64,000 nucleotides of DNA from Candidatus Binatia bacterium. GTDB taxonomy: Bacteria > Desulfobacterota > Binatia > Bin18. Positions 52,401-62,411 of this stretch are shown here, one piece after another. Under the pieces are notes generated by a model. It worked only from the letters and a program-made list of their open reading frames with translations, had not been told where the DNA came from and searched no databases. The number at the start of each line of letters is the position of its first letter. The stretch's first letter is position 1. The stretch spans positions 2,432,001-2,496,000 of the forward strand of contig OY761159.2 of the NCBI GenBank assembly GCA_963664395.2, written 5' to 3'. Position numbers and translations under genes: made by a program.

Positions 52401-52527
52401 TGCGGGCTCGTGCGTATTGGCCGAATACCACACGCAGCGGGAAACGATCCGGGCGTGCTATAGTCGTCTGTTTGAAAGAGAACAGGGAGATCTGTATGAG
52501 GGAAGAGCCAGGACAATCGCCCCCTGA
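49426..52527 (+). CDS. glnE: Glutamine synthetase adenylyltransferase / adenylyl-removing enzyme
   Basis: Two nucleotidyltransferase domains (GMGKLGGEELNFSSDID; GMGKLGARELNYNSDLD), RVDLRLRP, KLGRGGIREIEF, WERQAL. Confidence 0.95.
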   Translation: MPDDVSPTVLRPLLSLRGPLTASWKHMVAGVAQAPDPSLAAANLSRLLEHGFGTGVVLHSADLSRDLVFLLGASQHLTNVLLHQGQHWEAVFLAAHSAAEKSTPTHLQACRAALPVNLAEDDFLRGLRAYRNREYLRIGTRDLLAHASLEETTHDLSALADAAVQIAYEYTRARMERDYGAALIEDEEAGEKRPIAFVVFGMGKLGGEELNFSSDIDLIYLYECNAGPTTGGRKGQVDTRTYFTELARHLTHALSTSGAGGLVFRVDLRLRPYGMNGQIVNSLTNTLSYYESWGQTWERIALLKARPIAGEQALGERFLREVAPFILRRYLDFSMVEDIKYLKARIERSLHRADRERMNVKLGRGGIREIEFVTQVLQLIHAGKDPRVLERNTLAALDRLVESACLTASDRAALASAYRFLRQVEHKIQVVHDRQTHTLPGSEEKMRALARRLRGAGKTEAAEDALRVFLTTLQDHTRAVHTIFRSLFRIPEESSEADGTAEQATIEALFHELQHPERTKQRLKRLGFRELTPTYERLHLLHDGPSYAPASPRRRQLLYALAPTLFHEVCRAADPDRALAYMADLVASIGARSSFLSLLRENPQTLHTLIGLFGSSPYLSRIFLRRPELLDSLVRADLVHVHKSQELMHDELMARIAGAPELEDRLDILREYRSEEFLRIGINDINGQLDFPSASAQLSDLAEACLHGAYETARSALLEKLERTDLPGRIVIVGMGKLGARELNYNSDLDLIFLYEPSPASPDEQDRTDSAAQEIFAKLVQRLISILQVQTREGAVYKIDTRLRPSGRAGSLVSSMAAFTRYHQSQAQLWERQALIKARAVAGDSVLAVQVNALFEHSVYNKPILAADVAEIQRLRGRMELEVAGETNERFNIKTGRGGLVDVEFLVQMLQLRYGYHLPALRQRNTLTALDALRACQVLSGEESRVLRQGYQFLRKLENRLRIERDQPVEALENNAEQLTALARRMGYDGADAGSCVLAEYHTQRETIRACYSRLFEREQGDLYEGRARTIAP

Positions 52528-53938
52528 AGAGGCGGTGACTGAAGAGAGCTTTGCGGCCCTACTCGAACGTGAACAGACCGGGCCTGCGTTGAGCAGTGGC
52601 CAAGTTGTGAAGGGCCGGGTCATTCTCATTAGTGTGGATAGTGTCTTCATCGATGTCCGGGATAAAGGTGAGGGGATTATTGACCGTGCCGAGCTCGAAA
52701 ACGAGCAAGGCGAGCTTGACATTACGGTCGGAGACGAAGTGGAAGCAACGGTTCTCTCAACAGAGGGAGAACTCCGACTGTCACGGAAATTGCTCAAAGG
52801 CGCCCAAGCCCAACAGCGCTTGGCACTCGCCCTGGAGCATCAATTACCGGTTGAAGGAACCGTGACCCGTGAGACCAAAGGTGGATATGAAGTGCTGGTC
52901 GCCGGGATGCGTGCATTTTGTCCCTTCTCTCAGATGGGGCTCCGCCGTCCGGATTCGCCCGAGGCGTTTCTTGACCAAACGCTGGAGTTCCATGTCATAC
53001 ACTACAGCGACAGGGATATTGTCCTCTCCCGTCGCCAGCTCCTGGAGGAACAAGCTGCGCGAGCCGCGGAAGAGACCCGGCGGAAGCTCGTCCCAGACGC
53101 AGTGCTTCCCGGAACAGTCACCTCTCTCACTCATTTTGGCGCATTTATTGACCTTGGGGGAATACAGGGTTTAGTGCATATCTCCGAGATTTCGTATTCG
53201 CGGCTGGGAACGCCGGACGATCGACTCAGCGTTGGCGAAGCGGTCACGGTCAAAGTGCTCAAAGTTGAGGCGGAAACCGGTAAGGTTGCACTGAGTCTGA
53301 AAGCGCTTGAAGAGGACCCCTGGACGACAGCGATCGAGCAACTGCGTGAACGCCAAGTGGTGAGCGGCCGTCTGGTTCGGATGACGGACTTTGGCGTCTT
53401 TGTCGAACTCTTGCCCGGCGTCGACGGACTACTGCACGTGAGTGAGATTCCGCGCAGCCAACAGGGAGCATTGAAGGAGGCGGCCGTCACTCACGAAGAG
53501 GTGACTGTGCTGATTTTGACAATTGACCCCGAGAAACGGCGGATTGCCCTGGCTCTGGCCCCGGAAGGACTCGCTCCGGGCGACCGGGCCGAAGAGGTAG
53601 CGCTCGCCGCCGGAACCGTCGCGACCGGAGCGGTTGAGCGCGTTGAGTCGTTTGGGGTCTTTGTTCGGCTTGGCCCTGGGCAGATGGGGCTGATTCCCAA
53701 TGCGGAGATGGGGACGCCGCGTGGAACGGATCACCGCAAAGAGTTTCCGCCTGGAACTGAAGTGAAGGTTGCCGTGCTGGCAGTCGAAGAAGAGGGGAAA
53801 CGAATCCGCTTGTCTCGCACCAAGGCACGCGCGCATGAAGAGCAGGCTGAAACACAAGCCTACCTGGCGTCAACGCAACAACCGCAGTTCGGGCTCAGCC
53901 TGGGCGATCTCTTGCAGCAGAGCAAAAAGAAAGAATAG
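52496..53938 (+). CDS. Multi-S1-domain protein (ribosomal protein S1-like)
   Basis: Repeated S1 motifs: FGAFIDLGGIQGLVHISEI, FGVFVEL.PGVDGLLHVSEI, FGVFVRL; C-terminal LSLGDLL. Confidence 0.88.
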   Translation: MREEPGQSPPEEAVTEESFAALLEREQTGPALSSGQVVKGRVILISVDSVFIDVRDKGEGIIDRAELENEQGELDITVGDEVEATVLSTEGELRLSRKLLKGAQAQQRLALALEHQLPVEGTVTRETKGGYEVLVAGMRAFCPFSQMGLRRPDSPEAFLDQTLEFHVIHYSDRDIVLSRRQLLEEQAARAAEETRRKLVPDAVLPGTVTSLTHFGAFIDLGGIQGLVHISEISYSRLGTPDDRLSVGEAVTVKVLKVEAETGKVALSLKALEEDPWTTAIEQLRERQVVSGRLVRMTDFGVFVELLPGVDGLLHVSEIPRSQQGALKEAAVTHEEVTVLILTIDPEKRRIALALAPEGLAPGDRAEEVALAAGTVATGAVERVESFGVFVRLGPGQMGLIPNAEMGTPRGTDHRKEFPPGTEVKVAVLAVEEEGKRIRLSRTKARAHEEQAETQAYLASTQQPQFGLSLGDLLQQSKKKE

Positions 53939-53967
53939 ACAGCGTACGATATTGGGAGACGCCCAGC

Positions 53968-54639
53968 CTACGAATGTTGTGAGAGGCTGGCCCGCAGCCG
54001 CCGCACGCCCTCGCCCGGTCCGCCGGCTGCCCCAAACACGGCCGACCCGGCAACAAGCAGAGAGGCTCCTGCGGCCACAACTGACGGAGCCGTTGTGGCG
54101 TCAATGCCGCCGTCAATTTCAATCGCTGCCTGGGCTCCGCGTTCCTGCAGGCGTGCAGCAAGGCGACGGACCTTCTCTACACTCGAACCAATAAAGCGCT
54201 GCCCGCCAAAACCGGGATTCACGCTCATGATGAGGATCTGGTCAACGCTGTCGAGCACTTCTTCCAGCGTCGTAATCGAGGTGCCGGGATTCAGGACCAC
54301 GCCGGCTTGCTTGTCAAGCTGTTTAATCTGCTCAATGGTGCGGTGCAGATGCGGGCAGGTTTCCTGGTGCACCAGGATGATATCAGCCCCGGCGTGCGCA
54401 AAATCGGCGATATAGCGTTCGGGCTCAACAATCATCAAGTGGACGTCGAGCGGCAAGGTCGTACTCTTGCGGGCCGCCTCGACAATAAGCGGCCCAATCG
54501 TGATGTTTGGCACAAAACGACCATCCATCACATCGACGTGGATACGACTGGCCCCAGCCTGTTCGACTTCGGCAATTTGTTGTCCGAGGCAGCGAAAGTC
54601 AGCAGAGAGAATTGAGGGGAGAATGTGTACGGTTGCCAT
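53968..54639 (-). CDS. rpe: Ribulose-phosphate 3-epimerase
   Basis: [45 protein letters not shown]. Confidence 0.96.
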   Translation of the reverse strand: MATVHILPSILSADFRCLGQQIAEVEQAGASRIHVDVMDGRFVPNITIGPLIVEAARKSTTLPLDVHLMIVEPERYIADFAHAGADIILVHQETCPHLHRTIEQIKQLDKQAGVVLNPGTSITTLEEVLDSVDQILIMSVNPGFGGQRFIGSSVEKVRRLAARLQERGAQAAIEIDGGIDATTAPSVVAAGASLLVAGSAVFGAAGGPGEGVRRLRASLSQHS

Positions 54640-54753
54640 GCGTGTTTCTCGCTGCAAAGACATACCACACGAGCCGGAGCGTGACTATGGAATACGCGGC
54701 AGCGGACGGACGCTTACCGTTTCGGCGTATAATGGATAAGATACTGAAGCCGC

Positions 54754-54870
54754 ATGAACGAAGCCACCGCCCGTATCAAGATCAACACATTGCTCGAAAA
54801 AGCCGGGTGGCGGTTCTTTGCCGACGGCAACACCCCCGCCACTATCCGCCTTGAGCCCAGCATGACGCTC
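54754..54870 (+). pseudogene. ~40-codon N-terminal remnant of a type I restriction R subunit
   Basis: EATARIKINTLLEKAGWRFF.DG..PA.IRLE resembles HsdR N-termini; similarity stops abruptly. Confidence 0.6.
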
Positions 54871-54923
54871 TCGCCACTCTTTCCCTTGACACTCTCCCAG
54901 CCGCTCAGTATCGTTTCGTCCAC

Positions 54924-55442
54924 ATGGGCGTTGCGGATGAAATCGTTGCCATCGTGGATGAAAACAATAGCGTGGTTGGCTCCGCTCCGCGGAAGGAAAT
55001 GCGCGCCAAGGCACTGCCCCATCGGGCCACGTATGTGCTGGTCTTTAACTCGCACGGCCAACTCTATGTCCAAAAACGGACCCTGACCAAGGATGTCTTT
55101 CCCGGCTATTACGACCCGGCCGCAGGTGGGGTTGTGCTGGCGGGCGAAGAATATGAGCAGGGCGCGGTGCGCGAGGTCGAAGAAGAGATGGGTGTCCACG
55201 GAGTGCCCTTGACGCCTCTTTTTCAGTTTTATCATCAGGATGCCCACAACCGGGTGTGGGGTGCAGCGTTCTCGTGCGTGTACGATGGCGCAATCGTCCT
55301 GCAGGAAGAAGAAGTCGAGAGTGGCGCGTTCATGTCCGCACCTGATATTCTGCGCATGGCCCAGACCGAGCCGTTCACACCCGATGGCCTGTACGTGTTG
55401 CAGCGCTATCTGGCTGAGTGCCGGACACAGGACGGGGCATGA
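54924..55442 (+). CDS. NUDIX hydrolase (YfcD-like)
   Basis: HRATYVLVFN, QKRTLTKD.FPG, GGVVLAGEEYEQGAVREVEEEMG, FTPDG; TTGACA-17-TATCGT promoter at 54886-54914. Confidence 0.88.
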   Translation: MGVADEIVAIVDENNSVVGSAPRKEMRAKALPHRATYVLVFNSHGQLYVQKRTLTKDVFPGYYDPAAGGVVLAGEEYEQGAVREVEEEMGVHGVPLTPLFQFYHQDAHNRVWGAAFSCVYDGAIVLQEEEVESGAFMSAPDILRMAQTEPFTPDGLYVLQRYLAECRTQDGA

Positions 55443-56006
55443 AATTCGGACTGATTTTCACCCTCCAGGACCCGCCCCACGGAGAGCACCTGTCCCGGCT
55501 CTATGACGAGGTGTTTGCCCAGGCGGCCCTGGCCGAGGAGGCCGGCTTTGAGTTGTTTCTCCTGCCGGAACATCACCAGATGCCGGACGGTTATATGCCG
55601 GCGCCCCTTACCTTTGCCGCGGCGCTGGCAGCACATACCAAGCACGCACAGATTGGCACCGGCATCCTCCAACTCCCGCTGTATCACCCGCTGCACGTTG
55701 CAGAGCAAATTGCCGTGATCGACACGATTGCCAAAGGGCGCTTTATCCTTGGCGCGGGCTTGGGTCTGGTCGAGCACGAATTCAAGGCCTTTGAGATTCC
55801 GCTCTCTGCCGCGGCAACGCGCTTTACCGAATCGGTTGATCTATGGCACGCCGGAGCAGGTCGTGACCGAACTCAAACGCTACGAGCACGCCACAGGCTG
55901 CCGGTATATGATTCTCATGCTGCGCTGCCCGAGCGGTCCCAGCCACGCACAGACCATGCGCTGTATTGAGCGCTTCGGCACAGATGTCTTGCCGCACTCT
56001 GCATAA
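55439..56006 (+). pseudogene. LLM-class flavin oxidoreductase with central deletion
   Basis: N-part (PEHH, HPLHVAEQIA.ID..GRFILG.GLG) joined out of frame at ~55835 to the C-part (LIYGTPEQV...IERFGTDVLP). Confidence 0.8.
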
Positions 56007-56022
56007 GAGAGGAGAACCCACC

Positions 56023-56563
56023 ATGCCGAACGGACACGGATTCATTGACAGAGATGCCCATATTATCGAACCCGAAGATATGTTCGAGAAATATCTGGAT
56101 TCCAGATATCGCTCGGCCATGCCCAAGGTGTGGGCCAATTACCGCGGGGAGCCGCTCGGCTTTGGTTTTGAGGTCAGAATTCCCAACCCGGATGGGGGCG
56201 AATATCTGATGCCGTTCGGACGCGACCCGCTGAGGAATCCCGCCCAGGCCGATGGCAAGCCGCATAGCGGAGCGCAAGAAGCCGGCGAACGCGTTTTTCT
56301 GCCGGGGCATGCCGCCGGTCGAATATTTCAAACGCCAGTGCTATATCTCAGCCGATCCTGACGATCCCGGTATTCGGCAAGTCATTGACGCCATCGGCGA
56401 TAATAATATCGTCACCGCAACCGACTTCGCCCATCCCGAGGGCCGGCAGTACGCCTGGGCGGTCAAGGAGATGATGGCCTTGCCGGGCGTGTCAGATGAC
56501 AGTAAGCGCAAGATCATGTGGGATAACGCCTTGCGGCTGTATCCCATTCAGCCTGACGAATAA
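56023..56563 (+). pseudogene. Amidohydrolase-2 family protein with central deletion
   Basis: IDRDAHIIEP N-terminus joined out of frame near 56300 to PVEYFKRQ...ATDFAHP...KIMWDNALRLY. Confidence 0.78.
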
Positions 56564-56574
56564 GGAGGACGACC

Positions 56575-57465
56575 ATGGGCGAACTCACTCGGCTATCCGC
56601 AACAGCAGCGGCAAAAGACCTGACCAGTGCCATTGAGCGTGACGGCGCGGTGATCGTTGAAAATCTCATCGATGCAGGGCAGGTACAGGCGACCCTCGAT
56701 GATTTGATGCCGCACATCGAGGCCACCCCCACCGGCCCGGATGACTTTGCCGGCCATCAGACCACACGCACGGGCGCTTTGGTGGCGCGCGCTCCGGCCT
56801 GCCGCGCGCTCGTTATGCACCCCAGCATCATCGGGACGTGCAACGAGTTCCTGCTGCCCAACTGTGCCCGCTACCAGCTCCATCTTGCCCAGGTTATCCG
56901 CCTCATGCCCGGACAACAGAAACAGCCCCTGCACCGTGATCGTCTGGTCTGGGGCGATTATTTGCAGGGGGTTGAGCCACAGCTCAACACGCTCTGGGCA
57001 CTGACGGATTTTACATACGAAAACGGCGCCACCCAGGTTGTGCCCGGCAGCCCTTCGTGGCCCAAGGACCGAGAAGCAAAAGAAGAAGAAGTCCGCTATG
57101 CAGAGATGTCGCGCGGCTCTGTGCTGGTCTATTCAGGGACAGTCATTCACGCTGGCGGTGCAAACAACAGCGCCGCGGACCGGGTCGGACTGAATATCAC
57201 CTATTCGCTCGGCTGGCTGCGTCAGGAAGAAAATCAATACCTCTCCTGCCCGCCGGAGATCGCCAAGGATTTGGACCCCGCCCTCCAGGAACTCCTCGGC
57301 TATACCATGATGAGTTACGCCCTCGGCTACTTCACCCCGCCCGACCCGGTCCGGGGAGAGCCGGGCATCCGCCCGCCGGAATTTGCACTCGGCCGTCGGC
57401 CACGGAAAAACAGGCGGAAACTTCAGGCGCCCGAGGATTTGGCTGATTCGGGTCCCGCCGGCTGA
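56575..57465 (+). CDS. Phytanoyl-CoA dioxygenase (PhyH) family protein
   Basis: QPLHRD, ALTDFT.ENGAT.VVPGS, H.GGAN, LGWLRQEENQYL. Confidence 0.9.
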   Translation: MGELTRLSATAAAKDLTSAIERDGAVIVENLIDAGQVQATLDDLMPHIEATPTGPDDFAGHQTTRTGALVARAPACRALVMHPSIIGTCNEFLLPNCARYQLHLAQVIRLMPGQQKQPLHRDRLVWGDYLQGVEPQLNTLWALTDFTYENGATQVVPGSPSWPKDREAKEEEVRYAEMSRGSVLVYSGTVIHAGGANNSAADRVGLNITYSLGWLRQEENQYLSCPPEIAKDLDPALQELLGYTMMSYALGYFTPPDPVRGEPGIRPPEFALGRRPRKNRRKLQAPEDLADSGPAG

Positions 57466-57504
57466 ATCCGGGCAACAGGCAATGACTATCTGGGGGAGTC
57501 CACG

Positions 57505-58242
57505 ATGAGCGATTCGGCACTGCAGCCCGTGTACCCTCCGGTCTATCCGCATGATCCGCTTGAGGAGATTGCCCACGACGTTTTCATGGTCAGGGGCAGC
57601 ATTAAAATGAATGCCCTCATACGCATCTCACGCAATATGGCCGTCATCCGCCATGCCGGTGAGCTGACCCTGGTCAACCCGGTCCGGTTACATGCTGCCG
57701 AGGAAGAGAAACTCCAGGCGCTGGGGACGATAAGACACATCATGCGTCTCGGCCCTATGCATGGTCTCGACGACCCGTATTACGTCAACACATTTAAGGC
57801 CGAATTCTGGTGCCAACCCGGTGGCAGCATCTATACCCAGCCCAGCATTGATGTCGCAATGCGGCCCGACGACCCGCTTCCCTTTCCGGACGCGGAGTTG
57901 TTCTGTTTCAATGGCACGTTGCAGCCCGAGTCGGCGCTCGTGCTGCAACGCGGGAACGGCTTGCTCCTCACCTGTGACGCGATTCAGCATTACGACGACT
58001 ATAAGCATAACAATCTGCCGGCCCGGCTGATGTTGCCGTTGATCGGCTTTCCAAAAACCACCCTGATCGGCCCCATTTGGCTGAAGCGCCTGACACCCGC
58101 GGGAGCATCCCTCAGGCAGGAATTCGAGCGGCTGCTAACCCAAGACTTCGATGCCCTCCTGAGCGCCCACGGCAGTTTTCTGGCCCACGGGGCGAAGGCA
58201 GCGGTACGGGCCGCCGTTGAGCGCGCCTTTCCGGATGGATAA
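57505..58242 (+). CDS. Hypothetical protein (DUF4336 / metallo-hydrolase-like)
   Basis: RNMAVIR..GELTLVNP, HGLDD, LLLTCD, LLSAHG. Confidence 0.6.
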   Translation: MSDSALQPVYPPVYPHDPLEEIAHDVFMVRGSIKMNALIRISRNMAVIRHAGELTLVNPVRLHAAEEEKLQALGTIRHIMRLGPMHGLDDPYYVNTFKAEFWCQPGGSIYTQPSIDVAMRPDDPLPFPDAELFCFNGTLQPESALVLQRGNGLLLTCDAIQHYDDYKHNNLPARLMLPLIGFPKTTLIGPIWLKRLTPAGASLRQEFERLLTQDFDALLSAHGSFLAHGAKAAVRAAVERAFPDG

Positions 58243-58263
58243 GGACGGCGGTCGCCTGACCGT

Positions 58264-58701
58264 TTACGAATCAGGCAGGAGCGTATACGCCCGCTCTGCA
58301 TACGGAAAGTCTTCGAGTTCAAAGTTGGGCTGTTCATAAGGCAGGTGGCGATTGATGTAGTAGGCACGAATCTCTGCGATTTTATCCCCACGGAAGATAT
58401 ACCACTCCGCCCCGCGTATGGCCTCGGCTTTGCCGGTTGGCGGCGTCCAGGTCATAGTCCATTCGATGACGCATTCGTTCCCTTGGACAATCGCATGGTC
58501 ACATGTCCAGGTGGCCTGAATGCGCGGCTGCATCCTGGCCCAATAGGCGGCGAGCGATTCTGCGCCTCGGATGGGGGCGTGGTGAGTAAAGTAGTGGACA
58601 ACGTCAGCGCTAAAAGTCGATTTCATCAGCTCTGCGTCCGCTGTACTACAACCGTGATAATACTTTTTTATGGTTTGTACGAATGGATGGTCTTGAGACA
58701 T
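58264..58701 (-). CDS. NTF2/SnoaL-like protein
   Basis: FSADVVHY, GNECVIEWT, GAEWYIF..DKIAEIRAYY. Confidence 0.82.
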   Translation of the reverse strand: MSQDHPFVQTIKKYYHGCSTADAELMKSTFSADVVHYFTHHAPIRGAESLAAYWARMQPRIQATWTCDHAIVQGNECVIEWTMTWTPPTGKAEAIRGAEWYIFRGDKIAEIRAYYINRHLPYEQPNFELEDFPYAERAYTLLPDS

Positions 58702-58729
58702 GGTCTTCCTCCCGTGCGTACAGCCAGCG

Positions 58730-58957
58730 CTACGCGGTCTGGCCTACACGCAGACATTCCACATGCCGGACAGCATCCGTGTCCGGCTCCTCCCGTGGCT
58801 GCAACTCTTCTAACTGCTCCTTCAATTCTTCGCGCATCCGCTCCTCAAAATGTCCCGCACACATGGCCATACCAAACAACAGCAAGAGCAAAAGCGCGCC
58901 GGCGCCGACCAGGCAGCCGACGCCCATTTTTATCCCCCGTATAAAGTCTGACGGCAT
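58730..58957 (-). CDS. Small single-TM hypothetical protein
   Basis: GVGCLVGAGALLLLLLFG TM segment followed by a charged helix. Confidence 0.5.
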   Translation of the reverse strand: MPSDFIRGIKMGVGCLVGAGALLLLLLFGMAMCAGHFEERMREELKEQLEELQPREEPDTDAVRHVECLRVGQTA

Positions 58958-58980
58958 ACGGCTTCCCGCTGTATCACAGC
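58910..58980 (+). repeat. 71-bp direct repeat, copy 1 (flanks fic)
   Basis: 70/71 identical to 60498-60568. Confidence 0.95.
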
Positions 58981-59009
58981 GTAGTAATGGGTAGTTTCAC
59001 CGCACTAGG

Positions 59010-60464
59010 TCACAGAGTCGAGGACTCCCACAACGCCAGTCCTCGCTCTACCGCACTTTCGATCCAGTCCCGAAAACGCAGCTCTGTATCAGCGATGTCC
59101 TCTTTGTAATTGATCTGAAATACCTCGTCGCAAAGAGCCGTCTCTCCTTCTGACTCAGAGCCGCCATCATCCGTTGGCACCCGCTGAAACCAGGTGCCTG
59201 AGCAAACCAGGACGCCCCGGAATTCATGTCCGATGCAGTGAAACGTAATCAGAATGTTGCCTTGGCCGCCCCCTCTGGCAATCAGGCGCACCCAGGATCG
59301 ATAGTCTCTCGTATTCGCGTAGTATCCTAGCTGTTTGGCCGTTGAGACAATCTGGCGTTGAAAATAGTGGCTTCGTTCGCCCCGGTTTCCCTCATCATCA
59401 ACAGAAAAGGTGAAGTCGTGATGGTCGCTTAAGGCGTCCTCAAGTGACGAACAGACTTCGTTCATCCTTTCTTTCGCAAGTGTATGCAGATGCTCGGCGT
59501 TCGCCATCGCGGCTCGCCACTCTTGAACTAAGGCATCTCGTCGTTGAGCCAACCGCTGGCCGATTGCCTGGATGCGAGCATTGACGCGGATGTCTTTCTC
59601 TAAGCCACGAGCTATGCCAAGAGCGTTGACGAACTCCCGCTTTTGGAGCCCAGCAAAGAACGAGACGAGCGGCTTCAGATTGCCACGGTCGGCTTCCTCG
59701 AGTGCGCCGATATATTTGTCGCGTTCGCTGTCTCGAACGACCAGCGGTAGCCAGTCGGCCTTAACGAATATCAAGGTGGCAAGGGCTCGCGCGATGCGTC
59801 CGTTCCCATCCTGGAATGGATGGATTTGAGTAAACCGGTGATGAAGCCATGCGGCCTCGACTTCTGGCGCAACATCGTGATGGTTCCGGTGCAATTCGAT
59901 CAAGCTGTCCATTTCCGACGCAACCTGCTCTGGAGGACAATAAGGGTGAATAGTCCCGTCGGGGCGCGTGGGATTGTTCGGTTGTCTCTTGTAGTCGCCA
60001 CGAATGAGCGGTACTTGCACCTTACGGCCGGACGGGTCTCGTCCTTCGACAAATTCCTGGTGGCGGGTGAATACTTGATGCAGCTCTTTAACATAGCTTG
60101 TTGATAACTGACGATCTCCTTTGACAAATGCGAAAACGCTCTCAACCGCATTTTCTTGATCGTCGATCATCGCCACAATATGTCCGGGATCGTCCGCGAC
60201 GTGACGAGGAATAAGCGCTGCGTTTACGCCGCGTTCGATCATCAATTCGGTAATACCGTGGTCCAGCGTGTAGAGCCGTTCAATAAGACCCGTTTCTATT
60301 GCCCATTCACGTTTAAGGCGCTCCGTGAACTTGCTAATGTTGTCAGACTCGCTCAGCTTGGATCGTTGCTCAACCCAAACGCCCGAAAGGGCACGCAGTT
60401 CCTTATCGGCCAAACCCTTTGGCTCGGTCTCGTAGTCGAGAATCGGGTACCACTCCTGGGACAT
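59010..60464 (-). CDS. Fic family protein with C-terminal extension
   Basis: HHRFTQIHPFQDGNGRIAR canonical Fic motif; AIETGLIE. Confidence 0.92.
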   Translation of the reverse strand: MSQEWYPILDYETEPKGLADKELRALSGVWVEQRSKLSESDNISKFTERLKREWAIETGLIERLYTLDHGITELMIERGVNAALIPRHVADDPGHIVAMIDDQENAVESVFAFVKGDRQLSTSYVKELHQVFTRHQEFVEGRDPSGRKVQVPLIRGDYKRQPNNPTRPDGTIHPYCPPEQVASEMDSLIELHRNHHDVAPEVEAAWLHHRFTQIHPFQDGNGRIARALATLIFVKADWLPLVVRDSERDKYIGALEEADRGNLKPLVSFFAGLQKREFVNALGIARGLEKDIRVNARIQAIGQRLAQRRDALVQEWRAAMANAEHLHTLAKERMNEVCSSLEDALSDHHDFTFSVDDEGNRGERSHYFQRQIVSTAKQLGYYANTRDYRSWVRLIARGGGQGNILITFHCIGHEFRGVLVCSGTWFQRVPTDDGGSESEGETALCDEVFQINYKEDIADTELRFRDWIESAVERGLALWESSTL

Positions 60465-60497
60465 GCTTCACCTCTCCTTGTTAGGATAAAAATAGGG

Positions 60498-60568
60498 CAG
60501 GCAGCCGGCGCCCATTTTTATCCCCCGTATAAAGTCTGACGGCATACGGCTTCCCGCTGTATCACAGC
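60498..60568 (+). repeat. 71-bp direct repeat, copy 2
   Basis: 70/71 identical to 58910-58980. Confidence 0.95.
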
Positions 60569-60739
60569 CGGAAACGGGCGGGAATAGCGAGGCCGGCTTG
60601 ACGGGTAAGGAGTGTCCTGGGAAGCCTCGGACGAACTAACCGAGTGGGCGGGGCAGGCGAGTTCCTCGCGTTGCCGTCAGCCTGAGCGGCATGGTAGAAA
60701 GACCCCCGATGGGGAGACGGACTGGAGTAAGGAATTCCC

Positions 60740-62245
60740 GTGCAACGCGCTCAATATATTCTCGCTCTTGATCAGGGCACGACCAGCTCACGCGCCATCC
60801 TCTTTGACCGGGCAGGCACGCTACACGCGATTGCCCGGAAAGAGTTTACCCCGCTTTTTCCTCAGCCCGGCTGGGTGGAGCAGGATGCCAATGAGATGTG
60901 GTCGTCTCAGGCAGCGGTCATGACGGAAGTCCTGGCTCGGGCGGGTCTGTCGAGCACGGATGTCATCGCCCTGGGCATCACCAATCAGCGCGAAACAACC
61001 ATCGTCTGGGACCGGGAAACGGGCCAGCCGATTTATCCTGCCATTGTCTGGCAAGACCGTCGCACCACGCCGTTGTGCAACACACTGAAGCAACAGGGTC
61101 TGGAAACGTTTTTTCGAGACAAGACCGGACTGGTCATCGATCCCTATTTCTCGGGTACGAAAATCCGTTGGATCTTGGACAATATTCCAAACGCCCGCCA
61201 CCGGGCCGAAGCCGGCCGGCTGGCCTTTGGCACCGTTGATTCCTGGCTCGTGTGGAAGCTGACCCAAGGGAAGAAACATATCACTGACGTAACCAATGCT
61301 TCACGCACCCTGTTGTTCAATATCCGGACGGGAGAGTGGGATCAGGAACTACTCGAAGCGCTCGACATCCCCCGCCAGCTCCTGCCCGAGGTGCATAGCT
61401 CCAGCGAAGTCTACGCAGAAACGTCAACAGATCTCCTCGCCACGGCTGTCCCTATTGGCGGGATTGCCGGCGATCAGCACGCGGCATTATTCGGCCAAAT
61501 GTGCACGACGCCCGGCATGGTGAAAAATACGTATGGCACGGGCTGCTTCATGCTCATGCAAACCGGAGAGAGCCCCGTTGCCTCTCGGAACAATCTGCTC
61601 ACCACCGTGGCGTGGTGTGTCGATAACCGCACGCAGTATGCGTTGGAAGGCAGCGTCTTTATTGCAGGAGCCGTCGTGCAGTGGCTGCGTGATGGACTGG
61701 GCATTATCACGTCATCTTCAGAAGTCGAGACACTCGCGGCAAGCGTCCCGGGCACAGATGGTGTATATCTCGTTCCTGCCTTTTCCGGCCTTGGCGCACC
61801 GCATTGGGACCCATACGCGCGCGGCGCACTCCTCGGTTTGACGCGCGGATCGACCGCGGCCCACATTGCCCGGGCTGCGCTCGAAAGCATTGCCTATCAG
61901 TCCATGGATGTCCTGACGGCCATGGAGGCAGATGCGGGTATCCGGCTCACACAGCTTCGCGTAGACGGCGGCGCAACAGTGAATAATCTGCTGATGCAGT
62001 TTCAGGCAGACATACTCGGCGTTCCGGTGGTTCGTCCGAAAATTGCAGAGACAACCGCGCTGGGGGCGGCCTATTTAGCCGGCTTAGCGGTTGGCTATTG
62101 GAAAGACCCCGGCGAGATTGCTACCCAGTGGCAAATTGATCACGTTTTTGAGCCTGCCCTGTCGCCAGAACGCCGAGAGGAACTCAGGGCCGGCTGGACG
62201 AAGGCCCTGGACAGAGCAAAGGATTGGGCAACACCGGATACCTAA
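60740..62245 (+). CDS. glpK: Glycerol kinase
   Basis: [52 protein letters not shown]. Confidence 0.96.
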   Translation: MQRAQYILALDQGTTSSRAILFDRAGTLHAIARKEFTPLFPQPGWVEQDANEMWSSQAAVMTEVLARAGLSSTDVIALGITNQRETTIVWDRETGQPIYPAIVWQDRRTTPLCNTLKQQGLETFFRDKTGLVIDPYFSGTKIRWILDNIPNARHRAEAGRLAFGTVDSWLVWKLTQGKKHITDVTNASRTLLFNIRTGEWDQELLEALDIPRQLLPEVHSSSEVYAETSTDLLATAVPIGGIAGDQHAALFGQMCTTPGMVKNTYGTGCFMLMQTGESPVASRNNLLTTVAWCVDNRTQYALEGSVFIAGAVVQWLRDGLGIITSSSEVETLAASVPGTDGVYLVPAFSGLGAPHWDPYARGALLGLTRGSTAAHIARAALESIAYQSMDVLTAMEADAGIRLTQLRVDGGATVNNLLMQFQADILGVPVVRPKIAETTALGAAYLAGLAVGYWKDPGEIATQWQIDHVFEPALSPERREELRAGWTKALDRAKDWATPDT

Positions 62246-62340
62246 AAGGAGAGGCGCACTGTGACGGACGGTTCATGTCCGTCAGGCCGCTCCGCGCAGC
62301 GCCTCCCCTCCGGTGGCTCAAAGTACATAATGCCCTTTAC

Positions 62341-62411
62341 GGTGGGGTGGGTACTCTACAATCCAGAACACAGCCCGGCCCGTGTCAGCCGTACTAACGC
62401 CTCCGTAATCA
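62341..62411 (+). repeat. Diverged duplicate of the cysteine desulfurase 3' end
   Basis: 63/71 identical to 63078-63148; the minus strand encodes ITEALVRLTRAGLCSGL*. Confidence 0.88.
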
